This document shows, one piece after another, positions 18,156 to 27,481 of a stretch of 53,471 nt of DNA. The position numbers and the translations under genes were made by a program. This DNA comes from a virus. Lineage: Duplodnaviria > Caudoviricetes. The notes under the pieces are model-generated. The model did not search any database. It worked only from the letters and a program-made list of their open reading frames with translations, and was not told the origin of the DNA. The stretch lies in the IMG/VR virus record IMGVR_UViG_3300009169_000028, positions 1 through 53,471 of that record. One strand, given 5' to 3'. Every line of letters starts with the position of its first letter. Position 1 is the first letter of the stretch.

Positions 18156-18520
18156 TGGTAAAGGTAGCCAGAACATATACCCCACAGGAACTTATTGAGG
18201 GGGGTGCACACATACGGACAAAGGCAAATGTGATGGACGGTGCGCGACCGATAAAGGTCACGCGAGAAGCAGATGGCCGGAATCTAGTGTCCCTGCCGTT
18301 GCCGGACAAACTGTGCATTTCGACATGGACGATCGGTTACGATGACGACTTTGTTGAAACCATCCTGACGTTCAGATTCGCTAACATGCAGGCTCGCTAT
18401 CGCGTGACCGGCGTGGACGATGGCGGCAGAACGCTGATCGGCGAGTTGATCCAGCAGAACGAGAAGCGCCTGGCGCCGTACATCCCGGTGGATCCGGAAA
18501 CGCAGGGCAAGCCATCCTAG
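18155..18520 (+). CDS. Hypothetical protein
   Basis: AAGGAGG RBS; TAATG coupling. Confidence 0.6.
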   Translation: MVKVARTYTPQELIEGGAHIRTKANVMDGARPIKVTREADGRNLVSLPLPDKLCISTWTIGYDDDFVETILTFRFANMQARYRVTGVDDGGRTLIGELIQQNEKRLAPYIPVDPETQGKPS

Positions 18521-18624
18521 TAGCATGTGTTTATGAGTTGCGTGAGAGCGGCTAGAAATGGGCGGCAGCGCGGGGCCGCCCTTGCGACAAGGATGATCTA
18601 GTGGGGGGGAGAGGGTGGGGCTAG

Positions 18625-18843
18625 ATGGCATCTGAGGCGACGGAGTACACGTCTTATCAACGGGGCGCTCTGGTGATGGCGGAATTGATGCGGGGACGGA
18701 TGCTGACGACGACGGAGGTGATGAAGTTGACGGGGATGAAGCGCAGCGGGGCGTTGAAGCTGCTTGGGCAGTTGTGCGGGCTGCGGGAGTGCGCGGTGTA
18801 TTTCGACGAGCGGTGCGCGACGTGGCGGATACTGAGGCGCTAG
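18625..18843 (+). CDS. Winged-helix protein, candidate late transcription regulator
   Basis: LTTTEVMKLTGMKRSGALKLL; last early gene before a candidate late promoter. Confidence 0.55.
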   Translation: MASEATEYTSYQRGALVMAELMRGRMLTTTEVMKLTGMKRSGALKLLGQLCGLRECAVYFDERCATWRILRR

Positions 18844-18866
18844 GCCAGAAAGGAGCTTTAGGGTAA

Positions 18867-18898
18867 CGCGCCGTGGGGGTGCAGTAGTACGGTATGAT
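18867..18898 (+). promoter_or_regulatory. Candidate late promoter 1
   Basis: CGCGCCG-N19-TATGAT. Confidence 0.4.
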
Positions 18899-18930
18899 AA
18901 GGCCAGGGTCCGAGACGGGGTCCTGGCTTT

Positions 18931-18946
18931 TGTTTGCGCGCAAACA
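18931..18946. promoter_or_regulatory. parS-like palindrome copy 2
   Basis: Perfect 16-bp TGTTTGCGCGCAAACA. Confidence 0.5.
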
Positions 18947-19076
18947 TGGCCGGAGAAAATAGAGTTCGTGTAACAAACAAATTGAGAAGATTCGCCACGG
19001 CTGCGACCCTGCGGGGTCGCAGCACAAGCCCAGAAGAACGGAACTTTTTCGGTACTTTTCTAGACAGGATGAAGCG

Positions 19077-19838
19077 ATGCTGAAACCCTATCAGGTGCCA
19101 CACGAGTGCGAGTCGGCGGAGATCGCTGAGAAGCTGGCGGCGTTGACGCCGCGGCAACGGCGGGCGTTGCGGTCATATGTGTGGCAGGTCGAGTTGGGCG
19201 AGAAGTCGTTGACGGCATGGCTGGCGTCACCGCTGTGCCCGCTGGCGCGCTCGACGTGGTATGAGTTGCGCGACCGTTGGGAGTTTCAGGCTGCGCTGGA
19301 GGCTTACAAGCGGGCGGGTCTGGAATGGCAGATGAGCCAGGAGCGGCGGTCGGTGGAGTCAGCGCAGCGGAAGCTGCGGCTGGCGACGAGCGGGGCAGCC
19401 GAGCGGTTGGTGGAGCAGACAAATGCTGATATTGGCAATCTGTTCAAAGTGGTGGAGCGGTGGACCGATGATCCGCTGCCAAGCCAGGAGATCATCGGGG
19501 AGGAGGAGCGGGAGGTCACGGACAAGAGTGGGAAGACGCAGATGGTGCGCTTCTACCTGGTGCGGCAGGCGGTGGTAGATCTTAATCGGCTGAAGGACCC
19601 CAGTTATTCGAGATTGGTGAGGAAGTTCTCTGATTCTCCGCGCTCAGGGATCAGTATCGAGTTGTACGATGCGCAGGCGGCAGTGGTCAAGGTCTTGGAA
19701 GCGCAGGGGGTGCTGCGCCAGTCGGCGTTGGGACTGAATGTGGATCTGGGCGGGTTGACGGACGAGCAGTTGGAGCGGATTGCGGCAGGCGAGGATCCGT
19801 TGCAGGTGTTGGCGGGACAACGGATGGGGAACGGGTAG
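19077..19838 (+). CDS. Terminase small subunit-like protein (copy A)
   Basis: SIELYDAQAA..K motif and C-terminal NVDLGGLTDEQLERIAAGEDP typical of TerS. Confidence 0.6.
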   Translation: MLKPYQVPHECESAEIAEKLAALTPRQRRALRSYVWQVELGEKSLTAWLASPLCPLARSTWYELRDRWEFQAALEAYKRAGLEWQMSQERRSVESAQRKLRLATSGAAERLVEQTNADIGNLFKVVERWTDDPLPSQEIIGEEEREVTDKSGKTQMVRFYLVRQAVVDLNRLKDPSYSRLVRKFSDSPRSGISIELYDAQAAVVKVLEAQGVLRQSALGLNVDLGGLTDEQLERIAAGEDPLQVLAGQRMGNG

Positions 19839-19876
19839 GGGCGGGGTTACCGGGCGGGGCGATCCCGACCCTACAT

Positions 19877-19896
19877 CCGAGTATGCTTATTATCGG
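19877..19896 (+). repeat. Dispersed dif-like site 7
   Basis: CCGAGTA-TGCTTA-TTATCGG, 2 bp from the TerL stop. Confidence 0.8.
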
Positions 19897-19898
19897 TA

Positions 19899-21347
19899 TC
19901 AGAAGCCAAGGTTGGCAGCGGTGGTGACGACGGGTTTGGCGGCGGAGACGCGGCTGGTGGGGATGGCAAGTTTGTTGAAGGCGCCGGAGGAGGCGTCCAC
20001 CTGGTCGTCATGGGCGCCTTCGGGGAAGCTGGCGATTTCGGCTAGATAGGCAGCATTCCAGTCGGCACGGACGAGCTTGACATTGCCGGCCTCGCATTGG
20101 GCGGAGAAGGCTTCGGCTCGAATGACTTTGTCGGTGGACGGACGTTCGGCGTGGACGATGTAGCCGGCAAGGGTCGTGCGGATGGAGTTTTCGGCGGATT
20201 CTTTGCCGCCGGAGCCTTGCTCCTGTTCGATCCAGACAGGGACGGACCGGCCGTCAAGCTCGGCGGTCTGGCGGATGATTTTCTCTCGTTCGAGTGCTGA
20301 CCATTGGCCCCGCACGACGTCCTCGATGATGTAGATTCCCTCTCTTGTTTTGGCGATCCTGACGCCGGCCGTGTAGTCGTTACGGCCGGCGGATCCCGCT
20401 TTATCCCAGAAGCGGACGCGGGCGACAGCGGAGACAGGGGCTGCGTGGATGATTTCGAACCAGGCGAGTTTGAACATGCCGCCTTCGGCCGGGAGGGGGC
20501 GCTGCTGATAGAGAGCGGTGAAGGCCCACGTGCCGAGGACGGTGCGAATCTTGGCCAGGTCTTCGGCGGTGAAGCGTTTGGGGCATAGGGATTCGCCCAG
20601 GGCACGACCGAGGGGATCGCCCGGTTCGGCCAGGGCCGGGAGGCTCAGGATTTCCCAGTTAGGACCGTCTTCGCTGGCCAGGATGCGGCCGGCGAGGTCA
20701 TCTTCGTGCCAACGGGTCATGATGAGGATCATCGAGCCTCCGGGCTCCAGGCGGGTGTAGAGGTCCTGGGTGTACCAGTCCCAGACGCGCTCACGGTAGG
20801 CCGGGCTGTTGGCTTCTTCCCGTGATTTGACGGGATCGTCGATGATGATGAGGTCGCCGCCCTGGCCAGTGATGCCGCCGCCGACGCCGACGGCGCGCAG
20901 GCCGCCGCCGCGCGTCGTCTCCCAGTCCTCGACGGCGGTGCGTTCCTGGCTGAGGCTGAAGCGTTGGAGGGCGATGCGGCGGGACTTGCGCGAGAACTTG
21001 TCGGCGAGGGTCTGATTGTAGGCGCCGACGATGACGCGCATGGCAGGGTCGCGCTCAAGCCGCCAGACGGGATAGCGAACGGTGGTGAGCTCACTCTTAC
21101 CATGGCGCGGTGGCATGAAGAGCATCAGTTTGCGGACGCGGCCGGCGGTGACCTGGTCGAGTTGGGCCTGGATCAGGCGCAGGTAGGGCCAGTCCCAGGT
21201 CCACCATGGGGTGATGATTGGGAGCCAGGCGTCAAACGAGAGCATCCCCTGCGTGGTTGCGTCCGCGTGTCGCCGGCGCAGCTCCAGCGCTGCCTCGGCC
21301 CGTAAGGAGAACGGTGAGCGGGTCTTCGCCCCGGCTGATGCGTTCAA
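19899..21347 (-). CDS. terL: Terminase large subunit
   Basis: MPPRHGKS (Walker A), IIIDDPVK (Walker B), MTRWHEDDLAG, LYQQRP, HDDQVDA nuclease motif; start uncertain. Confidence 0.92.
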   Translation of the reverse strand: MNASAGAKTRSPFSLRAEAALELRRRHADATTQGMLSFDAWLPIITPWWTWDWPYLRLIQAQLDQVTAGRVRKLMLFMPPRHGKSELTTVRYPVWRLERDPAMRVIVGAYNQTLADKFSRKSRRIALQRFSLSQERTAVEDWETTRGGGLRAVGVGGGITGQGGDLIIIDDPVKSREEANSPAYRERVWDWYTQDLYTRLEPGGSMILIMTRWHEDDLAGRILASEDGPNWEILSLPALAEPGDPLGRALGESLCPKRFTAEDLAKIRTVLGTWAFTALYQQRPLPAEGGMFKLAWFEIIHAAPVSAVARVRFWDKAGSAGRNDYTAGVRIAKTREGIYIIEDVVRGQWSALEREKIIRQTAELDGRSVPVWIEQEQGSGGKESAENSIRTTLAGYIVHAERPSTDKVIRAEAFSAQCEAGNVKLVRADWNAAYLAEIASFPEGAHDDQVDASSGAFNKLAIPTSRVSAAKPVVTTAANLGF

Positions 21348-21759
21348 GTTGTTCGTCCGTGCATTGAAGGAGGTCCAGGTTGAAGTTGTAGTCTTGCTGA
21401 GTTACCTTCGTGCCCTGCAGTTCGCCGATTTGTTTTTCGGCATCCAGCAGCACCCTCAGCCAGCGCGCGGATTTTGATTTGCTGAACTGATCCCACGCCT
21501 GCATTTTGATCTCGACCAGGTTGGCGATGCTTTGCGCCCGGCTGTCTACAATGGTTTTTTCCGCTTCTCTGCGCCACAGCTCCCGGACTCTCTGCATGTC
21601 TCGCTTGGCTGTGATCAGCGCATAGGGTGTCACATCCGAGTTCAGCGCAGCCTGGATGTCCAGCGATCCTGCCCCGCGCACCATCATGGCGGCTACCGAT
21701 TGCAGCCGTTTGAGGATCTCCGTGTCCTTGTCCCATGCCACACTTTTCTTGTTGCGCAT
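21232..21759 (-). CDS. Terminase small subunit-like protein (copy B)
   Basis: Directly upstream of terL; C-terminal NLDLLQCTDEQLERISRGEDP. Confidence 0.65.
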   Translation of the reverse strand: MRNKKSVAWDKDTEILKRLQSVAAMMVRGAGSLDIQAALNSDVTPYALITAKRDMQRVRELWRREAEKTIVDSRAQSIANLVEIKMQAWDQFSKSKSARWLRVLLDAEKQIGELQGTKVTQQDYNFNLDLLQCTDEQLERISRGEDPLTVLLTGRGSAGAAPATRGRNHAGDALV

Positions 21760-22526
21760 CAGCCTATAGTATCACCCTTCCCGTCTGCCAATGCTTTCAG
21801 CGCCAGCCTGGCCATCTCGGCGATGGCCGTCGGCACCGCAACGATATCCAGGTCCTCGCGCACCTTCTGCAGGGCATCTTTCCAGCCCTCGTAACTCTCG
21901 GCGTTCGCCAGGTAGATCTGGTCTACCTCCAGCTTGTTCATGATCGCGTCGACTGCGGCCTGGAAGTCGGTCGCCTGTGTGTTCAGGAAGAGCACCAGTA
22001 CCTGTTTGGCGTACCGTTGCAAGTCCACATCGACTGGCTTGAAGTGCACCGGTTTGGGGATGTCGTCGAAGATTCGGGGGTCTACGAACGCCTCGAAGCG
22101 CGCCTGGATGTCCGTGATTTGGCTCCAGACCCGTTTCACCAGCTCCGGGTCATCCTGGCCTGCGATCGTGTTGTGCGCTAACTGTTTTGCCCGCACCCGC
22201 GAGGGCGCCAGCTCCAGGTAGAGCAGGATCAGGATCAACTTGACCCCGGCCGCCCGCGCCGCCCGGATCCGATGATGGCCCGAGATGATCTGGATCACGC
22301 CTCCAGCTTGCACGCACAGCGGAACCGATTCCAGTGTGCCCGCTTCCTGGACGTTGCGCGTCAACTGTTCCATCATAGCTTGCGGCATGGAACGCGGATT
22401 CACATCCTGCTCGCGCAGCTCGTCCACTTCGACGTAGCGCAGTTCCAGGCCGGGAGGAAAAAGATGCTGGCTCAGTTCGGCCAGGGTCCTGTTCACCTCG
22501 TCTTTGTTGCGAACTTCTGAAGCCAT
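21759..22526 (-). CDS. ParB/Srx-like N-terminal domain protein
   Basis: QDVNPRSM, IISGHHRIRAA, QLAHNTIAGQDD. Confidence 0.75.
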   Translation of the reverse strand: MASEVRNKDEVNRTLAELSQHLFPPGLELRYVEVDELREQDVNPRSMPQAMMEQLTRNVQEAGTLESVPLCVQAGGVIQIISGHHRIRAARAAGVKLILILLYLELAPSRVRAKQLAHNTIAGQDDPELVKRVWSQITDIQARFEAFVDPRIFDDIPKPVHFKPVDVDLQRYAKQVLVLFLNTQATDFQAAVDAIMNKLEVDQIYLANAESYEGWKDALQKVREDLDIVAVPTAIAEMARLALKALADGKGDTIG

Positions 22527-23932
22527 AAAGCCAGCGTCTCCTCGCGCGTGCGTTGCACGATGTTTCCGTAGTACGTCAGCTTGAACGTTCCGTCCTTCTG
22601 AGCCGCGCGCTTTGCCATCTCCATCCCTGTACCGCGCGCGGTCTTGTTCTCCGGGTGGGGTGTCAGCATCGTGCTCTGGACCCGCCGCGGGAGACCGGTG
22701 AGATCGACGTGTTTTTCTCGGCTGAAGATATCGTTCCAGAACCACTCAGACAGCATACTCAGCAGTGTGAGCTTGTGCAGCCTTTCGTATCGTTCGTGTG
22801 GCACCGTAAAGGCGAACGTCAGGTTCGCCGGGATGTCGCCGATCTCGTCGTCTTTGCTGCCGTGTCCGCTGCGCATGTTTGCTGTTGTGAACGCGAGGAT
22901 TGCTGCGAGGCAGCCGTCCAACAGCAGACCTACGTATTTTTCAGACATGCTGCCTGGCAAGCGGTGGATGAAAAGGTCCTTGTAGTAGTCAGCGACGTCG
23001 CGTGGGATGACTCTCGCCTCGATCCGTGAATCCGGTTTCACCTCGCCCGTGAAGAGTTTGAATCTGGCCTCGCCCAGCGTGATCTTTGCCCGGCTTACCT
23101 GTGGCGGGATCGGGTTACGATTGGCGACGATCCAGTTGATCGCTGCGCTCTTACTGTTGCTGGGACGATCGGCAAAGACAGACTGCCACGGCTCGCCCCA
23201 CAATGGCGCCGGGTCCTCATTGGGCGTCGCGTAGTACATCAGCGTCAAGGCGGGACTTGCGCCGAGCACCTGCATCAGCCGAGCGTAGTCTTTCTCAGTG
23301 AACTGCGCGACCTTGGGCTCGTCCCAGTCGAAGATCCGTTCGATTCCTTTGAACATCCGGCCATACCCGCCCGTGTACCGAGGCGGATTCACCAGCAGCA
23401 GCGCCTTCGGATCGCCTCGATACTCGTCCAGGGTCAGCCACATATCGCGCGCTTCGTACCGCAGCCCGCGCAGCGCCTGCGCCATCTCGACGATCGCTTC
23501 CATCAGTTGCCCGATGTAGTTTTCCGCCTCCTGCATCAGCTCGCGCTGGACGTGCTGGAGGAAGATCGTCTGATTTTTGCGGTCGTATTGCAGCACCCGG
23601 ATCGCATACATCACCGCAGCCGCTTTGGCGATCGGGGCGCCGTCCACGTATTTCCGCACGAGCTCGCCGATCTCACCGGCCTCGGGCTTCAGATCAAGGC
23701 GCCAATCATTGCTCATGATGGCCATGCCGAGAGCCGTCGAGTATAGCGAAATGTCACCGCAGACGATCCGCTCCGTCGGCGCGCCCGCCTCACGCGCGAC
23801 GGCTGCCAGTGAGAATGAGCCGCAGCACGGCACCACCACCACCGAGGCCTTGCTGGCCATCACTACGCTGGCGGTGTAACCGCGTGTCGGTCCGCGCGGG
23901 ATGCCCCTAAACAGGATGTCTGGATTCGACAT
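22493..23932 (-). CDS. Putative DNA base-modification enzyme (adenine MTase-like fold plus second domain)
   Basis: VPCCGSFS (FxGxG-like), GDISLYS, NPPRY (NPPY-like); C-terminal ~170 aa of a separate domain. Confidence 0.55.
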   Translation of the reverse strand: MSNPDILFRGIPRGPTRGYTASVVMASKASVVVVPCCGSFSLAAVAREAGAPTERIVCGDISLYSTALGMAIMSNDWRLDLKPEAGEIGELVRKYVDGAPIAKAAAVMYAIRVLQYDRKNQTIFLQHVQRELMQEAENYIGQLMEAIVEMAQALRGLRYEARDMWLTLDEYRGDPKALLLVNPPRYTGGYGRMFKGIERIFDWDEPKVAQFTEKDYARLMQVLGASPALTLMYYATPNEDPAPLWGEPWQSVFADRPSNSKSAAINWIVANRNPIPPQVSRAKITLGEARFKLFTGEVKPDSRIEARVIPRDVADYYKDLFIHRLPGSMSEKYVGLLLDGCLAAILAFTTANMRSGHGSKDDEIGDIPANLTFAFTVPHERYERLHKLTLLSMLSEWFWNDIFSREKHVDLTGLPRRVQSTMLTPHPENKTARGTGMEMAKRAAQKDGTFKLTYYGNIVQRTREETLALWLQKFATKTR

Positions 23933-24055
23933 CGATCCTCCAGAACCGGGCAGGCTGATTTGAACAACCGTTTCCAGATTGAGCGTCTGGCGTCCTGACC
24001 GAGCCATGAGCCGGCTTGCGCCGACCCAGCACTAGACGATACCCGGACACAGCAA

Positions 24056-24087
24056 AATATACTATAGTCGCCCCACGATTCGGCGCG
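24056..24087 (-). promoter_or_regulatory. Candidate late promoter 2
   Basis: Minus strand CGCGCCG-N19-TATATT upstream of the inverted operon. Confidence 0.4.
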
Positions 24088-24367
24088 AGTTTCTGAATGT
24101 CTCCCGATTGTGCCGCTTGTTCACCCGCTGTCAGCAATTCCGGCCTGCGTACAGCCCCGCTAAGCAACGTAGTAACACCGCGCCATACTACCCTTCACCT
24201 GATCTACAATGCCCGCTTCCCCTTCGTATCGCCCCGTTTTTCACCTTAAGACATTGTGCAGTGCGAGATTCCTTTAACATTAACTCTCAAACGTCAGCAA
24301 TCATCGCACACTTGCCGTCCGCCTGCATTCTTGCAGAAACAAAACACAACCCGTTTTCAGTAACCTA

Positions 24368-24395
24368 TTGATTATATTATGCTGTCTGGTATAAT
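24368..24395 (+). promoter_or_regulatory. Sigma70-type promoter
   Basis: TTGATT-N16-TATAAT with extended -10 TGn. Confidence 0.6.
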
Positions 24396-24401
24396 AATAA
24401 T

Positions 24402-24697
24402 GTAGACATAAGAACTTTGACAACCGCATAGCCCTCCCGGAACCTACGGACAAATGCTGACAGTCGGGAAAATCGGGAAACCCGCCCTACACCGCAAGGA
24501 CAAGCGAACCTCCCCTCACTGAGTACCGACCCACAAACGCAAGAGACAACCCGAAAGGCGCAAGGTCCGGAACAAGAGGCAACAGTACGCGAAACGCCCC
24601 GGCGAAAAGCCGGACACCGCCCGACATCACCAGCGCGGCGGGAACATCGCCGGGGTGTCACCGGGAAAGCGGCCCGGTCTGAATGAGCGATTCATAT
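24402..24697 (+). ncRNA. Candidate structured leader or ncRNA upstream of radC
   Basis: About 300 nt with no + strand ORF in the track; many GCAA/GAAA-capped hairpins. Confidence 0.4.
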
Positions 24698-24717
24698 CCC
24701 ATAATCTGTCTACCCGG
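24698..24717 (-). repeat. Dispersed dif-like site 8
   Basis: + strand CCCATAA-TCTGTC-TACCCGG. Confidence 0.8.
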
Positions 24718-24731
24718 AAGGAGAACCCACC

Positions 24732-25418
24732 ATGAAGCCCAAACTCACCGCCAAGGAACTCTACTACAGCGATCGTTGCCAGAACTATGAGGCCCTCACG
24801 CCGGCCCAGCAAGCGGTCTTTCGAGGCAGCGTCACCTGGCGCGCCAGTCACGCCTACCTGGGCAGCGAGGAGGCCACGTACATCGAAGCCATCTGCAAGC
24901 GCATCGAGATGCCGGTCCCGTCCATGTTCTCCGCCGAAGAGACGGCTGAGCGCAATGCTCATCCGATGCTCCGCCAGATCATGGTCCCGATCTACAAGCT
25001 GCTGATGGTCAAGGATTCGTCAATCCGGGCCGCCGTCCCGAACAAGGTCAAGCAGCCGGCCGACATCTACAATCTGCTCACGGTCTACTCGCAGGGCTTG
25101 GATCGCGAGCACCTGATCGTCATCATGCTCGACACGAAGAATGCCGTCATCGGCATCAACACGGTGACGATCGGCAGCCTCAATTCCGCAGTCGTCTGTA
25201 TGCGAGAGGTCTTCAAGCCGGCGATCCTGGCCAACGCGGCCGCCATTATCGTCTCGCACAATCACCCGTCGGGTGACCCGACCCCATCCGCTGAGGACGT
25301 GGCAGTCACCCGCCAGATCGTGGATGCTGGGAAGCTGCTCAGCATCGACGTTCTCGATCACATCGTTTGCGGCGATGGGCGCTATGTCTCGCTCAAAGAG
25401 CGCGGGCTCGGATTCTAG
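24732..25418 (+). CDS. radC: RadC-family JAB-domain protein
   Basis: REHL...[33 protein letters not shown]. Confidence 0.9.
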   Translation: MKPKLTAKELYYSDRCQNYEALTPAQQAVFRGSVTWRASHAYLGSEEATYIEAICKRIEMPVPSMFSAEETAERNAHPMLRQIMVPIYKLLMVKDSSIRAAVPNKVKQPADIYNLLTVYSQGLDREHLIVIMLDTKNAVIGINTVTIGSLNSAVVCMREVFKPAILANAAAIIVSHNHPSGDPTPSAEDVAVTRQIVDAGKLLSIDVLDHIVCGDGRYVSLKERGLGF

Positions 25419-25441
25419 CCTAGTAGGGGCAGGAGGATAAG

Positions 25442-25660
25442 ATGCCGCAAGATGAGTTGTTCGATACGACGGAGGCCTCGCCGCTGTTCGCCGGCATTCC
25501 GGTGCCGGCGACGCATGATGAGCGACCGGCTAGACATCCCAGCTTCAGCCAGCAGGCTCTGTTCTGCTTTCGGTGCCACACTCAGTCCATTCAATTGCTG
25601 CTGGCCCGCGACGGCCACCGCTACTGCGCTGCGTGCGCACAGACACTGCCGAGGAGATAA
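25442..25660 (+). CDS. Small Zn-finger hypothetical protein
   Basis: AGGAGG RBS; CFRC...CAAC. Confidence 0.55.
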   Translation: MPQDELFDTTEASPLFAGIPVPATHDERPARHPSFSQQALFCFRCHTQSIQLLLARDGHRYCAACAQTLPRR

Positions 25661-25663
25661 CCC

Positions 25664-26635
25664 ATGACCGAGATCATCTCCATTCCCGTTTCTCAGATCA
25701 TTCCAGGAGCCAATGACCGCAAGATCTTCGACCTGGCGAAGCTACAGGATTTGGCGGCCAGCATCGCCGAGCACGGCCTGGCGCAGCCGATCACCGTGCG
25801 TCCCATCGGCAACCGCTGCCCGGTCTGCGGCAGCATCCTGAGCGGTCAAGAGTTCCTCTGCTATGACCGTTCGCACAAGTCGTTCATCACATCCGAGACG
25901 ATCTACCAGATCGTCGCCGGCGAGCGCCGCTTCAGGGCGATCAGCGAGGTATTGAAGCTGGCGACGGCGCCGTGCATCGTCCGGGAGGACCTGGACGACG
26001 AGGCCGCCAGCGCCATCATGCTGGCGGAGAACACGGGGCGAGCCGATCTGAATCCCATTGAGGAGGCTAACGCCTACCAGGTCCGTAGCGATCGTTTCGG
26101 CTGGACACCGGAGCACATTGCGGAGGTGGCCGGGGTGAGTGTGGAGACGGTGAAGCAGCGCCTCTCACTGCTCCGGCTGATCCCGGATGCGCAGACCCTC
26201 GTGGCGCACGGTCATCTGCCTATCGGCCATGCGGCAGCGCTGGCCACCCTCGACAGCTACCGCCAGGTCATCGCGCTGCGCGTGTACCAGGAGAGCAAAC
26301 ACCTGCTGCCCCTGGCTGATTTCCGCTCCATCGTCTGCCGGCTGGAGGACGAACAGAACCAAGACGCTCTGTTTGATCTCGAAGCCTACTTCGTCGCCGT
26401 CGCCCAGCAATCCGACCAGCCCACGCGCGGCAAGGATGCGGCGGTGCGGGTACCCACCCGAGCCGATCTGCCGCCGGTCAGGTTGCTCCAGAAGAGCAAC
26501 GCCAGCACGATCATCGCAGAATACATCGCTGAGCTACAGCAGGCCGGCCACGACATCGAAGCCGCGACCATCGGCACGCTCTATGATGCATTGATCCGTG
26601 GGAACTTCATGCGCGTTCCGTTGACAGTCCGCTAA
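25664..26635 (+). CDS. ParB/RepB/Spo0J-family protein with Zn-ribbon insertion
   Basis: GLAQPITVR, CPVC insertion, IVAGERRFRA, ENTGRADLNPIEEA, HTH. Confidence 0.88.
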   Translation: MTEIISIPVSQIIPGANDRKIFDLAKLQDLAASIAEHGLAQPITVRPIGNRCPVCGSILSGQEFLCYDRSHKSFITSETIYQIVAGERRFRAISEVLKLATAPCIVREDLDDEAASAIMLAENTGRADLNPIEEANAYQVRSDRFGWTPEHIAEVAGVSVETVKQRLSLLRLIPDAQTLVAHGHLPIGHAAALATLDSYRQVIALRVYQESKHLLPLADFRSIVCRLEDEQNQDALFDLEAYFVAVAQQSDQPTRGKDAAVRVPTRADLPPVRLLQKSNASTIIAEYIAELQQAGHDIEAATIGTLYDALIRGNFMRVPLTVR

Positions 26636-26649
26636 CCGTGCGGTATAGT
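26621..26649 (+). promoter_or_regulatory. Sigma70-type promoter
   Basis: TTGACA-N17-TATAGT. Confidence 0.7.
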
Positions 26650-26673
26650 ATTTTCACAACAAGGAGCAATCTC

Positions 26674-27114
26674 ATGTCTGCCAAGCCCAAAATCTACACT
26701 ATCGGCTACAGCGGTCGCACTCCGAGCGAGCTACTGGAGATCGTAGAGCTCCTCGGCGCGCAACTTGTTGATGTACGCTACTCTCCCGCCTCCCGGCTGC
26801 CGCAGTGGTCCGGGCTGCGGCTTCGCCAGCTCTTCGGCGAGCGGTATACTCACCTGCGCCAGTTCGGCAACGTCAACTACAAGAACGGCGGACCGATCCA
26901 ACTCGTGGATTACGCGTCCGGCAAGGTCTATCTCGATGCACTGGAGCGCCCTGCCATCCTGATGTGCGTGTGCTCCAACCCGGCCATCTGCCATCGCACC
27001 ACTATCGCTAACTTGCTGCGGGCCGATGGCTTCGAGGTAGTGGAGTACCATGACGCCCGGCCGCCCAGTGATGCCATGGCCATAGCGCCCAACCCGCAAA
27101 TGGAGTTGTTTTGA
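26674..27114 (+). CDS. DUF488-family protein
   Basis: IYTIGYSGRT, LVDVRYSP.SR, LMC......CHR. Confidence 0.75.
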   Translation: MSAKPKIYTIGYSGRTPSELLEIVELLGAQLVDVRYSPASRLPQWSGLRLRQLFGERYTHLRQFGNVNYKNGGPIQLVDYASGKVYLDALERPAILMCVCSNPAICHRTTIANLLRADGFEVVEYHDARPPSDAMAIAPNPQMELF

Positions 27115-27305
27115 TGGAGCTGTTTTCGACGGCTGAGGCGGCTGCGTATCTCGGTGTCAAGCCGGAGACGGTCAAGTATCATGTGTACCAGGTGAAGGAC
27201 CTGGTCCCTGATAAGCTGGTTGGTAAGACCCTCGTGTTCACGCGGGAGACACTGGACGAGTTCATGACGCGCAAGCGGTCGGTTGGGAGGCCGGCGACGA
27301 AGTGA
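27114..27305 (+). CDS. Excisionase-like HTH protein
   Basis: LFSTAEAAAYLGV...VFTRETLDEF...GRP. Confidence 0.75.
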   Translation: MELFSTAEAAAYLGVKPETVKYHVYQVKDLVPDKLVGKTLVFTRETLDEFMTRKRSVGRPATK

Positions 27306-27315
27306 CCTGACCTCG

Positions 27316-27356
27316 CGTCCCCTCGCCTACACCGTGTAGGCGAGGGGACGTTTTTT
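27316..27356 (+). terminator. Intrinsic terminator
   Basis: 16-bp stem CGTCCCCTCGCCTACA / TGTAGGCGAGGGGACG followed by TTTTTT. Confidence 0.8.
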
Positions 27357-27434
27357 GTTTGGCGCCCTGCAGTCCCCGGCTGAGGATTGTAGGGCGCTTT
27401 TTTTGGTTTAACCGTGGGATGAGTTTGAAGATCA

Positions 27435-27466
27435 CGCGCTGTTAAGGCGGTGGGGTGTGATATTTT
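27435..27466 (+). promoter_or_regulatory. Candidate late promoter 3
   Basis: CGCGCTG-N19-TATTTT upstream of the head operon. Confidence 0.4.
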
Positions 27467-27481
27467 GGACGACAACAGGTT

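Noticed and set aside
7085-18270. Further TTATCGG/CCGATAA matches at about 7098, 15567, 17977 and 18249
   Set aside because: Single arms inside coding sequence with no partner arm at 6-bp spacing
18516-18538. CCTAGTA...TTATGAG and the half-site CCTAGTA at about 25419 as additional sites
   Set aside because: Spacing is 8 bp or the second arm is missing; possibly decayed copies but unsupported
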